A DNA stretch of 64,000 bases from Ginglymostoma cirratum (lineage: Eukaryota), in NCBI GenBank assembly GCA_024137785.1, contig JAHRHZ010000009.1, positions 23,718,601-23,782,600 on the forward strand, written 5' to 3'. This document shows, in pieces, positions 1-12,629 of this stretch. Within the stretch, counting starts at the first letter, position 1; every line of letters begins with the position of its first letter. The position numbers and the translations under genes are program-made. The notes beneath the pieces are model-generated. The model was not told the DNA's origin. It did no database searches and saw only the letters and a list, made by a program, of their open reading frames with translations.

Positions 1-130
1 TTTCGGGCCTAGGTTTAGGCCCGAAACGTCAAGTTTTCCTGCTCCTATGATGCTGCTTGACCTGCTGTGTCCATCCAGCCCCATGCTTGTTATCTCGGAT
101 TCTCCAGCATCTGCAGTACCTTTTACCTCC
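1..130 (+). mobile_element. Penelope-like element terminal repeat (subfamily B) with the 3' half of a hammerhead motif; centre of a palindrome
   Basis: GGCCCGAAACGTC followed by ...CCTGCTCCTATGATGCTGC...CCAGCATCTGCAGTACC. Bases 1-11 are the reverse complement of 16-26. Nearly identical to the reverse complement of 60516-60627. Confidence 0.8.
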
Positions 131-969
131 TACACAGCTGCAAGTTTGCTTTTTGCTATGGACAGATATATAATAAGTGGAATAGATTAGGCAACTCACC
201 TTTAGATTTCCAGCATTTTTACTGCGTTGTTGTTATAAAGAGTTGTCTTGGTTCCTTTTTGATATTTATTATTTTTAAAGGAATATGGAAAGAGGAAGAT
301 GCACCAAGCAATTAGAGTATGGATGATTATTCATGCTTTACAATCAGGGACAAGTAGCATAAAACTGAATACCTAATAGAGCATGCATGCTTCAATGAAT
401 TGGCTAAAGAAAAGTCAATTGATCTTCTAATTGTAACTATAAAATGTATCCCTACTTCCTGACTGTTCCTTCACTCAACTGGCTTCTAGCTATGGTGGAA
501 GTATTTTGTTTGTATTCCTTGCATCACACAGATCCAGCAAATGCTAGAATCACATGACATTCGTGGCTGAGAACGTAGATGTGCAGCACCCTCCAAAACC
601 TAAAAGAGTAAAGGAAGAGCAAATGCTGCAAAAGTCTCAAACAAAAACACACTGATGGAAATGGGCAGCAGACCAATGGCATAGGGAAACAGAATAAATA
701 GATTGTTGAAGATTTAGATGTGTTTGTTTTCAGGATACATACTAATTTATATATGCTGAATGATCTACCATGTTGAAAGCATTTTGGCTTTCATCCAAAG
801 AGTTGTATTGATATAGTTTCATATGTGATGACTTGGAGGGGTAAAAGAGGAATGTCAGTTAATTTTATTCCCAATGTTGCTTCATATGGTCCATATGATG
901 TGGTATAACTTGGATTTGTAATTCAGTGTGTGTGTCTGGAGCAATCATAAACATGAATCTGTCCCCAAC

Positions 970-1300
970 AACAGAAACATCTGCTTACTTAGCACCTATA
1001 AAGTAGCAAAATATTTCAAGGCACTTCACAGCAGCAATTATCAAACAAAATCTTACACCAAGAAACATAAGTAGCTATTAGGGCTGATGACCAAATGTTT
1101 AGTAAAATGGTAACTTTTAAAGGAGGAAAGAGAAAAGTGTTGAATGGTGGAAAGACTCAAGGATGATATTCCAGTGTTTAGAGCCTGTGCTGAAAGAACA
1201 GTCTCAAGGAGATGTTCGTGAAGTGTGATGGGGCAGAAGGAACTTATTGAGGTAAAAGACATGCTCTGCCACAGATGGGGCAGGTGATGGGTACAGAATT
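970..1300 (-). mobile_element. L2-clade LINE 3' end remnant
   Basis: Degenerate match, by eye, to the shark L2 3' tail (TTTCAAGGCACTTCACAG...GATGACCAAATG...ATTCCAGTGTTTAGAGCC on the plus strand). Confidence 0.5.
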
Positions 1301-1329
1301 GTGTGGGTAGGATGCTCAAATTTTCCAAC

Positions 1330-2400
1330 ACTCTTTCCTCTGGGGTTTATGCTTGGCCTCCACCTGGATCTGAGAGGGATGCTTGACATGCTTGACACCT
1401 TGAGAGATGCTTTGTCTCCAGTTTGGTCTTGAGCAAGAGGTTCCCACTGGTGAGTGGGGATGTTGCATTCTTTTCCTGACAACTTGAAGTATATCCTTAA
1501 AGCATTTCTTCTGGTAACCACTTGCTGTAAAGAAGTGCAGAATAGGAAACTTGTTTTGGGGGCCTTACATTGGACAGACAACCTGGCCTGCCCAACGGAG
1601 CTGATTGACCATGACCAATGCATTCTCATTGGAGATGTTGCCCTGGGAGCAGACACTAATATTGGAGAGCCTGTTCTGCTATTGGATGGTCAGGTTTTGT
1701 GGTGGCAGCAGTAGGAATATTACTCTAGGGATCCGAGATATCTATTGTACTTGTCCATAACTCTGATGCATACAGAAGGGGTGGTGGCACTGCTACAATA
1801 TAAACCAAGAGCTTACTCTAGATTACAGTTTTTTTGACCTCAAACACACTCTTCCCTAACACTGGAGGTAATGCTGAATTCAATTGTCAATGTCTGCCCT
1901 CACTGAAAGGAGGTTGTCAAGGTATGAAAATTGATTCACCTTGCCCAGTGGCTAGCCATGGATATTTGTCATCAAGGATTGTGTTGTGTGGTGGCAGCAG
2001 ACTGGTTGAGGATCTTTGTCTTCCAGATATTTAACAGAAGTCCCATTCTCACATATGCCTCAATTAATGTGTTTGAAGCTCAGCCTCTGAAAGTTTGCAC
2101 AAGTAGTGTGTGTATTACAGCAGTTCAATGGCAGAGGTTGGAGTGGTTTGGATTTGGACTGTAGGTGTAGCAGGTTGAACAGTTTTCTGCTTGACAAGTA
2201 GAGAATCTTCACTCCAGCAGGAAGCTTCGTGGATATGAGGTGGAGTGTTGCAGTGAGGAAGTTAGAGAGTTGGTGTGTTGACACAGCATTGTTTCATCCA
2301 AGTTTTGACCCACATTGCGTTTGTTGTGAATCCTTTGGTGAGGATCACAGCTTGCAAGTCGCTCAGCAGCAGATGGAGAATGGTGATGAATTTCTGCAGA
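1330..2400 (-). mobile_element. RTE-clade LINE remnant (RT domain to C-terminus)
   Basis: Frame fragments AGVKILYLSSRKLFNLLHLQSKSK (compare RTE GKLFNLRRLQAK) and KECNIPTHQWEPLAQDQ (RTE C-terminal motif), with many stops and frameshifts. Confidence 0.75.
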
Positions 2401-2414
2401 CAATCACATTTCAT

Positions 2415-2790
2415 CAGGCACCACATCTACACTCTCTAACACTCAGTAGCAGCAGTATATGGCATCTACAAGATGCAGAAAGCACCTTCTAAATCTTCAA
2501 ATACTACGATCTAGAAGGATAAAGGCAACAGATACATGGGAACTCCACCATCTGCAAGTTCCCCTCCAAGGCGCTCACCGTCCTGTCTTAGAAATATATC
2601 ACCATTCATTCAGTGTCACTGGATCACTATGCTAGAACGTTCTGCTTAATGGCATTGGAGTTGATCTTCAGCACATGGGCTGCAGTGGTTCAAGGAGGCA
2701 GGTCACAATGATCTTTTCAACAGTGAAGAGGAACAGCAGTAAATACAGGCCCAGCCAGTGACATCTATGTTCCGCAAATGAATGTGAAAC
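2415..2790 (+). mobile_element. LINE 3' end (CR1/L2 group) sharing its tail with local SINEs
   Basis: CATGGGAACTCCACCATCTGCAAGTTCCCCTCCAAG...CTGCAGTGGTTCAAGGAGGCAG...GTAAATACAGGCCCAGCCAGTGAC. Homologous to 52070-52400. Confidence 0.7.
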
Positions 2791-2884
2791 AAAGGACAGA
2801 GGCGGTCATTGGAAGGAGCACTTTGAGGCTTTCCACATTCAAGTCTCAAGACTTGATGTGAGCGTGCTCAATAACATCTCAGAG

Positions 2885-3417
2885 CATACTATCCACAACT
2901 TCATCATGAAGTTCATTCCATACGCGAACTACCATCTGCATAAAAAAGAGCCTCTTATGTATTTTTGAAATTTCTGTCCTCTCACCTTAAAAAATGTGAC
3001 CCTAATCTTGTAATGCCCCATCTTAGGAAAAAGACAACTACCATCAACTCTATCTATGTCTCTCTTTTTTTTATAAACTTCTATCAGGTCACCCCTCAAC
3101 CTCCAATGCTCCAATGAAATATGTCCCAGCCTATCCAGGCTTTCCTTATAACTCAAACCTTCCATACCTGGCAATATCCTGGTAAATCTCTTCTGACCCC
3201 TCTCCAGCTTGATAATATCCTTCTGGGTATAACTGAGTAACTAGAACTGGACACTTTTAAAAGACATTTGGATAGATATATGAATAGGAAAGGTTTGGAG
3301 GGATATTGGCCAGGAGCAGGCAGGTGGGACTAGTTTAGTTTTAGTTAATGTTCAGCATAGACTGGTTGGACCGAAGGGTCTACTTCCGTGCTGTGTGACT
3401 CTACGACTCTATGACTA
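2885..3417. mobile_element. CR1 LINE 3' fragment with an internal inversion
   Basis: 2885-3255 on the minus strand encodes MPGMEGLSYKESLDRLGHISLEHWRLRGDLIEVYK (CR1 ORF2 C-terminus). 3255-3417 is the plus-strand 3' UTR ending in GACTCTA-type repeats. Confidence 0.85.
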
Positions 3418-3569
3418 AGACTGTATCTCAGCACAGTCTAAGCCTGACGTGAGGTTGAATGGGACATTAATCAACTGAGAACCAATGATGCAGGTGATGA
3501 TATACCAAACTACTGAGATACAGCAGACAGAATGAATATGTGATCTCATTGTCCTTTTCTAGAAGGAGA

Positions 3570-3725
3570 AGACCATGCAGTGGATCTCCGAGTCACTGTG
3601 ATCAAGTGTACCTTCCAGAAAGGAGATAAGATTGACTGTGGAAACTATAGAGCTGTCTTTCTGGTGACTGCTACTGGGAAGATCAAAATTCTGCTCAATC
3701 GCTTCCTCGCAGTAGCAAACAAACT
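3570..3725 (+). mobile_element. RTE-type RT N-terminal fragment
   Basis: 3616-3708 translates QKGDKIDCGNYRAVFLVTATGKIKILLNRFL, matching the KKGD..DC.NYRGISLL...GKI...ILLNRL motif of non-LTR RTs. Confidence 0.7.
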
Positions 3726-3809
3726 ATCAGTCCTCATTCAATGAGAACTCTGCTCTTCCAGTTCTAGCTGAAATCACATCTTCTGTCTTCTGCTCTGTGG
3801 CTGCGCTGT

Positions 3810-3983
3810 ACTAATGTCCTTTAGGGAAGGAAATTGTCATCCTTACCTCATCTGGCCTACATGTGACTCCAGACTCACAGCAATGTGGTTGACTCATGAC
3901 TTCCCTCTGGGCAATTAGTGATGGGCAATAAATGCTGTCTAGCCAGCAATGCCCCCAGCTTGTTAATGAATAAAGAAAAAAAA
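3810..3983 (+). mobile_element. 5'-truncated SINE, same family as 15136-15495
   Basis: ACTAATGTCCTTTAGGGAAGGAAA...CTACATGTGACTCCAGAC...GATGGGCAATAAATGCTG plus an A-rich tail. Direct similarity to 15324-15490. Confidence 0.85.
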
Positions 3984-4061
3984 GATGCTGCTAACTCAGT
4001 TTGCCAACTCAAGTTGGACATATTTCTGGAGGTTTCATCTAATGAATCCCTTCGTTCAATC

Positions 4062-4226
4062 AAAACCAAAAGAACTGCGGATGTTGTAAATCAGGAACAA
4101 AAACAAAGTTGCTGGAAAAACTCAGCAGGTCTGGCAGCATCTGTGGAGGAGAAAACAGAGTTAATGTTTCCGGTCCGGTGACCCTTCCTCAGAACCAAGC
4201 TTTTCCAGCAACTTTGTTTTTGTTCC
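4062..4226 (-). mobile_element. Penelope-like terminal repeat (subfamily A) with a decayed hammerhead motif and a short inverted copy
   Basis: Minus strand reads CTGAGGAAGGGTCACCGGACCGGAAACATTAACTCTG. 4198-4226 is an inverted copy of 4094-4122. Homologous to 15633-15725 and 46585-46722. Confidence 0.8.
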
Positions 4227-7200
4227 TTCATTCAATCACTCCGTCTCACCTATTTGTTGCAATTATCCTCCTGACACATTCAGCCTCAACCATGCCAACA
4301 TCCCATGCCTAAATTGAAACTCAATAGGCCCATCCTTCTCCAGATGAATGATTCTCAACTGCCATTCAAGGAGTGTCCCAACCTTCTCCAATCAATTTGT
4401 GAATCATGAACAAATATCTACAAAGCAAATGAAGAAGAAACATTTTTATCTTGAGTATACTTATGTTTTCTCTACTGTGTTGGTTTCTGCAGTATCTGGG
4501 AGATTAATCTTAACTCCTGGAGATTACCAGACAATGCAGAAGGGTTGACAATCTCCTTGCCATCATCATACTTGAGGTCTACCTTGTCCCTATAAATAAC
4601 CTTTGCATTAACACATTGTGGACTTCAAACTCATTCCTTTGAATTGTGAATTCATGTGGCACATGGTAGTATCAATGTACTGTGTAATGGAACACTGAGA
4701 CACATCTTCTTTCCCTAAAGCCAATACGTTTACAAGCATGTCGGTGACATACTGTGGAGGATGAGGGGACATCATTCTGGGCAATTTCCATGCAATGCTC
4801 ACTAGCAAGTACCCTGGCAGCCCAAAATCACCCTGCTGATCAGTTGCAAATGAATGCACGTTTTGAGAAAGAAACAAAAAACAATGTTTATCTTCAGATA
4901 AAAACAAATAGGTATATCATCAGCTGAGATTGCTATTTGCAGGAGATTCAATCTGTTGCACATTTATTTGGTATCAATGTCATTTTAACTTGAACACTTT
5001 TGATTTACATTTTGAACTGATGTAATATTCATTAGTGGGCCAGGTACAAATTTGCACACACATGCAATAAAAGGTTTATTTTGTGCCTGTTCAAAATGGT
5101 GTGTTATTTAATTTTAATGCCTGAGCACCACCAGTCAGATTTGCTTTCTTTGTTAACTGACAATTTCAGCTTCAGCACAGCAATCATTTCCATATGAATT
5201 CACGAATGTTGCCATTGTCTTGCTAAGAGAAAAGAACCCGACTTCTCTATGCTCAGGTCTGTGTCTGGTCTCAGTTGTTGAGAGGTAATCTGTTGCTTCA
5301 TACAGTAATCATATTCTGCAATGCCATGTTTCCACATCAGCATTTTTAAGATCAATTGAAGTTCTGTGTAACAGATGGTTTAGAGTTTAGACTTAAAGCA
5401 GATTGATCTAAATCCCTATCTGCCCCAGGTCCAACAGTCTGTGGATAAATCTAATTCAGATCAATTTAAATCAGTTTAAGATGATAGCCAGCACTGATTT
5501 CATTTCATTTGCTCAGATGTTGTCACTTTGGGTTTTTCTCCTCGTGCTGAGGCATCGTGTTGCTCGTGTCGACTAAGTTAAAAGAACGTATGAAATCTTC
5601 AATGTTATAATGAGGAGGTTATTATTATATTTAAGAAAATGGGGTGTTGCCGATTTGTTACAAATGAGTAGCATGTTCACAACTAAACATTGCTTTCTCG
5701 TTCAAAATTTTCACTTCAAAATAACAATATGAATTTCGAGCTAGCAACAAATCCTAAGCAGCATCCTTTCCCTAAAGCCAATATATTCAGGAACTTTGTG
5801 AGCAGTCAGTTTAGTCCTCAATATCCACTTTGGAAATCTCAACTAATCGTAATGATACCAACAGTTACTAACAAAAGTTATTGAATTAATTTATAAGGAG
5901 TCTTTTTGCAAGAAAGGGGGAATTAGCCCTGTGACTTTTTGATGACTATTTTTCAAGATGTGTGATGTTTTCTGGTGTAACATACTAAACAACTTCTTCT
6001 ACATTTCTAATCCTATTGCAGAGCAGAAGAAAACTAGGGAACCATAGGATATTACCTAGTGTGTATTTCAAACAGTTGCTTCTCATTTTCATTACAGGGC
6101 AAATACACAAATGTAGGCTTAAAGTATTCATAACTATCAAAAGATAATAAAAGTCTTATTGGATAGTTACATGCTTTATTTGTAAGTTCAGGGCTTGTGA
6201 GCATCACTGGAAAAAAACAACTTATTGACAATTCCTATTTGCCCCTGAGATGTTGGCAGTGCGTTGTGTTGTTGGTCTAAAAGATCATTTAAGCTAGCAT
6301 CTTGTGTCAACGATAGCTGTGTAAGGACATTCCTTTCCTAACGAATGTTAGTGAACCAGTTGGCTTTTTACGACAATCTTATAGTTTCATTGTCTCCATT
6401 GGTAATGCTGGGGGCTGGATTTTTGCTGTATGGTGATGACTTGGGAGCCATTTATAAATTGCTCAAGGAGCATGTAATGGGAATCCAACCCCTATTCCTG
6501 GCACCAGTAGTTTTACCAGTGTGGAAAAGCGGTGCACATGGTGAGCCTGTACCCAGCAGTCCTGACTTAATCAATTCTACAGTGAAGGGTGTGCATTTCC
6601 CAGCAACCCCCAAAATTTGTTGGAACAAGGACAGCTTTTCAGTAACTTATAGTTCATAGCCCCTCAAAGGAGTCACAGATCTTAGAGACTGAATTTAAGA
6701 AACTTTGAAAGATAAATTCAAAAGATTTTACCAATGGTCCAGAACTACTTCCAAGTCCCTCATATCATCCAATGCCAATTCAATGTTGACTCATACCCCT
6801 AACCGCTCCCCATGGACCAAATTAGACTTTCAACTGTCAGTAATATTCACGTTTGGCTGAGAGCTGAAGCCAACAAAAGCATTCACTCAGCAGGGAATCA
6901 GTTTGGAAAGTGAGGTGAATTGTTGACATTGCTTGATGGGAATTTCTAAGTAATTTTAATAAGTTTCTCTTTCTGTGATCGCTTTTGTCAATGTCTTAAT
7001 GCTTATCTCACAAAATTAAGAACTGTGAAGTGTTAAAAGTCTTTGACAATTTAATGTTCTGTCAGAATGTCACTTTTATAGGATTATAGGAACAGTAGGC
7101 TTTTTTTCAAAGGCATTTTGAAATTAATATATTTGATTTTCTCCCAGCAGTTCTACACTTATCGTTCATGTTGTATGGCTTGCTGGTTATATGCATATTG

Positions 7201-10200
7201 CATGCTGGTTGAATGGTAATGCAAGGGGCATGAGTTGGTACCAAGTTGGCAAGGAGAGCTTGAGGAACCATAGACAGTATTTAAAGGTCATGAGTCAGCA
7301 CTGAGTTGAGCGTATGCAGGGCAATGAGGAGCAAGTGTGGTTAGTTATTTGATCTAAGAGTTTTTATTTTCATTGGGATAAGGTCCCAGAGAACTGAGGC
7401 TGACTTTCTAACCAGCCCACCTGGCAGTTGCCACCCGTGGCTGCCTTCCAGGGTCAATAGGCCTCAGGTTCAGTAAATTTGAATTCAACAACTACTCTGG
7501 TAATATTGAACTCACATCTCTGTCTAATTAGGCCCTGCTTGTGGACTAGTAATTTACTAACATGCTACCATATCCATGTAATGAAAATAAGGAGCAATAT
7601 CTATGTAAAATGTTGCCTTTTTGTTCCCTGGCAAATACTGAATGAATTTTTATGTATGTGAGAAGGATATTGGTGTGATTTGTTTGATGATAAAAGAACA
7701 AGATTATTAATGACCTCAAAGAAGCACTTTCTGTGCTTCATCGAGGCCCAGTGAGTTTCTCCAGTGATCAGCTGAGCCATCTAGGCCAAAAAGATCCCAT
7801 ATTTGATTCCTGAGTTAGTTTATCTCAGTTCAAGGTTTAGTGTGGATTTATAGTTGGCTACAAAATATTCTTGTTTAGGGGGGACAATTAATCAAGATGT
7901 CCGCTGCTCACTGTTATCCATGGTCTCTCCTCAAAAATGTAGAACTGTGGATGCTGTCAGTGATTGAAGTTAAGTTTATTTGTGGTGTCAGTACTCACTC
8001 CGTCCACAGATGAAAACTCTCCCAATACTTTCTATCTAACTTCACAGCAGCTTCATTTGACCTAGAACTGCTCACTGGAGAAACTCACTGGGCCAATGAT
8101 GAAGCATAGCAAATGCTTTATTCAGGGCATTAATAAGCATGTTTATTCATCAACAAACAAATCGGATCAATATCCTTCTCTAACACACAAAGCTCTGCAG
8201 AAATATTTGTTCAATATGTGTCAGGGAACAGAAGGGCAACATTTCTGCCAGAATTGATTCTGTGCTACAGTATGAAGAGGAAGACAGACAATAAAAAGTA
8301 GGCACTTGCTCTTCTATTCCCAAACTCATTTTAGTTTTGTGACACACACCCCTGAAAAATCTTCCTCTGCTCCCAATCACTTTTACACCCACCCAACCAG
8401 CCTAGGAGACACAGTGGTATGCTGACTGCAAGAAAAAAAATGACTCAACTTTGATTCAAACTCATACCCACATGCTGGGAGTTCAATATTCAACCATACA
8501 GCCACTGCCTGATAAGCTCCCTCTCTCCTCAACCAAAAGAAAACTCATTGAATGTTATATTTCTAGATATTTATGAGGCCCTGTTCTTTTCTGCACAGTT
8601 TGAACAATCCTTCTTAAGTATTAAAATGAAAAAGGGATCTCCAATGGTCATATTTAAATCTTCGTTTTCTAAGATAATATGAAATTCACAAATCATAGCT
8701 AGGACAGTGGCATACTTACTTGGGTATCAGAGAATCAATTGAAAGGAAAATTAATGTTAATTATATCACTTCTGGAATTTTGAAGGGAAGGACAAAATGT
8801 CTTGGCAGCCCTGAACGTGTTCTCCTTACTGGCTAAAGTAAATCTTTACATATTGTATCCTCTGTAGTTATATTGACAAATAAAGCTAAAGAAGTTATCT
8901 TCTTTAAAAGGAAACGCTGACTCATTTTGAAATGTCAGCATTGAAAACCATCAGTTAGAACTTGCAAGCACTGAATAAATTCAAAACCAGGCTCTCAAAC
9001 GACTGACAATCAATATATTAGTAACTTATTGAAGTTGTACTTTCACCATCACAGTAATTTTGCCTCACCCTAAACTACCAGCTGATTTATGTGATACTGG
9101 CTCTAATCAACAACTTTCTGCATTCACTGGAGCTAAGAGACCTTGTGGCCAATGACCAGAATGAGAGTGTCCTTCCCCACCCTCCAAGATGAAGCTGTCC
9201 ATCATATGGTGCTCCATCTAGTGGCCCTGTCGAGGTTTGCAAAATGTAACTGGTAAGCAAATCGAGTTTGGAAAACAGCACTGAATCTCTTAAAAAAAAC
9301 TAGACCAGTCTATTGTGAATGGCTAACAGACCATCCTTAGGAAGAAGCAGTAACTTCAATAAAAACAGAGGGGTATTACAAAAATGACACTGTCGCTTTT
9401 AAAAGATCTGAATAAGTACCAAATTCTATTTTTATCAAAAGTGAAATGTGCCAATTTTTAGATCAAGCAATTTCAACTTACATCCCACAACAAAGTTCTG
9501 AAATCTAACAGAGTTTTCTTCTAAGCTTTTGTCTCATTTGCCTTTGGAGTATGCAATTTAGCACAAATTTTGCCTCGAGCTGTCAGCCACCTGCAATGTA
9601 TTTTCATTCCCTCAACGGTTAAAGTACTTTGCACAAATCTGAATTTAATAAATCACCCTAACATCTGACAGAGTTTATCTCCAGGGGTCAGTTTGATTCC
9701 CAACATAACCCATTGACAGACAAAGCTGAATGGATAAGGCTTGAAATTTTAGTACACTGAGCAAAGAGAAAAACGACAGACAAATCGTATTTTATTCGAT
9801 CCCTTGTTTTCCAAAGCCTCAACTTCACAGATGCAAAACAAATAGAAACTCAGCCTTAGCAGTCACTCAAAATGATTCAAACAGGAATCGAGAGTTTACG
9901 GGCCTTGTAATTTTATTTCTGTGAGGAATTATACTGTTGACTAAAATTATTTTTAAATGTATACTACCCGGACAATAGTAAGCAAGGGCACAGGATTCAG
10001 TCATAACATTTCCATACACAAAAAACAAAGTCGTCTGCTAAAGTGGCTCTTGAGTTTACATTTGTAGAAGACAAATGCTCAATACTTTTAAATATCACTA
10101 GAAGACTATACTTATTTGCAGCCTCCAAGCAGTGAAATGTTTTCCTGCAGAATGACTTGTAATTATATCAGAGACCAAACATTAGATAATAGAGCACTTA

Positions 10201-12629
10201 AAAGAAAATCGTATGTATTTTAATACCAGGATAACAACTTTAGAAAACATCCATTATAAAATCTCCCATAAATATTACATCAGAGCACTCCATTTCTCAT
10301 TGTTGCTTGCTCAATGCCATTTTTCCCTGCTTTTGCTAGTGAAGCTGTTTTCATTTCAGCTGAAGAATGTATTTTCTCACATGGTATGGTACAACAGGGT
10401 TCATCATTTTCCCAAACAACTCTAGTCGTACCACAAATGGAAATTTTAAGAGTGTTACTCTTTTCTTGTGTCATGGAGAGCAACTGGGATCAAAGCATCT
10501 CCTTTACACATAAGCCTACACAACATCAGAGGAAAAGTAACTGTACACTTTACTTTCAAAGAAAACCAATTGTAGGTCAGGGCAAAAGGCTCATTTTGTC
10601 CCCGCTTGCTTCACTTATTAGATTACAATAATAAAACAACAGCCCAGTCCTTCTGGTGGGAAAGAGGTGACCCTGGAGTGATTTATAATCCTGTGTAGCC
10701 CTGTCCATTCTGCTGACCACACTTTATATAAGGGCCATATCTGTTACTTTAACTGATGTCTTCCTGCTGTGACAACACTGTGGGATGTCTGTCATCACAC
10801 AAGCATTTCTGACACACCACATTATCCACATGAATTGCTGTTATGTTAGTTCAACAGAATTTTAACTTAATACAAAAACAGAAAGACAATTATATGAGAT
10901 TTGGATTATCCAAGAGCAGATGACCACAAAGCAGAACACAGCTGGTAAATAATTATTTCAGTGAACGCCCATTCATGTTTACTCCATTATCTTGAAAAGA
11001 AATTGAGTGATAAAATGAATTGGACTTTTAAGGAAAAAAAATCATGGCAACAAACACAAGACCAAACACCTCAGATTGCAAAGTTTGTCACAAAATAAAA
11101 ACGGGCTCCACTATGAGATAAATTATGTTTTGCTGAATAAATCATCCACAGTGGTAATCGCCTGGTATAGAAAAGTACTTCTGATCTGCAGAGATATTCT
11201 AAACCAGAATCGGCATTCTGTAAATAGCTGATTTATCTAATACCAAAATGACTATTTGATTTCTCTTCCCTTTCTCAAGATAATGTGATTTTCAAGGGCA
11301 GTGATATGATTCTTAGTGAGAGATGACAGCAACAGGAATTGAAACATTTTCAATTTTCACTTCTTCAGTCAGCTAATGGTACTAGATACAGATACGAGAT
11401 GCAGATACAATACATCAACAATGCCTAAACACTCAGCCTCAGAAAAATAGTCACACTATGCTGAAACATTTTTTCCATTTCCCACACCATGATTTTTTGC
11501 TAATTGAAATGGTCCAATTGAGTCAATGCTGAATCATGAGTGGCTGTGTGTTATTGTGTATTCTTAACTGTCAGAACACAGAAAGCACAATTTTCCTCTC
11601 TTGGAGCTGGAAAGAAAGACAAATAATGGTGCAACTGGCCTTGCACAGTTAGTCACACCTTTATTACGACCTCAGCAATTAAATATTGGGTCAGTCTCAA
11701 CTCACTGAAAAGAAATGCCCTGAAGTGTTCAATTAGCAGCCACTGAATGAACTCATCTCGACCCCAGCCTGATTACCTGCCTTTCCAATAGCAGAGAAAG
11801 ATGGCTGGTCTTCCCGTTGGCCTGTCTGCCACATTGGACAGGTCATTAGCTTGTCCTAGTCTGGTACCAATTGGCTGCAGCGATGGGGGGAGCAACATGC
11901 TGACCATTGAAATCCAACATCATTGCATTTACTTCCAATCCTCTCCCCGCAATCCTACCTGGCAAAATAAGGAAAAAGACTTACCTTCTTGCTACTGGAT
12001 TTCTTGAGGCCCAGTTCTCCGACAGTGACCTCGAGGTCCCAGCAGCTGATGGCCTCCAATTGGCTGACAGCTTCTGGTGAGGCAGAACATCAATTGTGCA
12101 GGCCTATGATTCACCAAAAGGCTGGCTGTTCAGCTCTTAATAAGCTGATTATAGCTCAATTTGGTGAGCTTTATAGGAGCAGAGAGTCAGTCACCACTGA
12201 ACACACACACACTTAGGTTGGAAAGTGGAAATTCTCAGCTGCGTTGTTAATGTCTGCAGTCATTTCACTTAGGAACTTCATCCAAGAGAAAGAGGAGATG
12301 TTTGTCTTGGCCTCAGTAATATTCAATGTCAGTATGAGTTAATTGACTAGCACAGAAGCAGGCGTATCATGGTCCAAGACAATGCCCAATTCAAACCAAA
12401 ATGAAAACATCAAAATTAAAATTCCCAATATTCTGAATGGCTAAGTGAAAACTTAACACAGTTCCTGGTTTTTGTTTTATTATTTTAAAATAAATATAAA
12501 AAAATTTGCCAGAGCTCCTCTGCTCACCAGTCCCTTTTCCATTCCCTTCATTTATTCTCCTTTCCATAGCTTTTCTTTTCTCTGACCAGCCCCAGTGCCC
12601 CCTGGCCGACCTGGAGAGTGGAGTCAAGG

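Noticed and set aside
11660-12200. Possible old DNA-transposon-derived palindromic element (similar look at 7200-7600)
   Set aside because: I could not define TIRs or a TSD by eye, so it is not reported as a feature.
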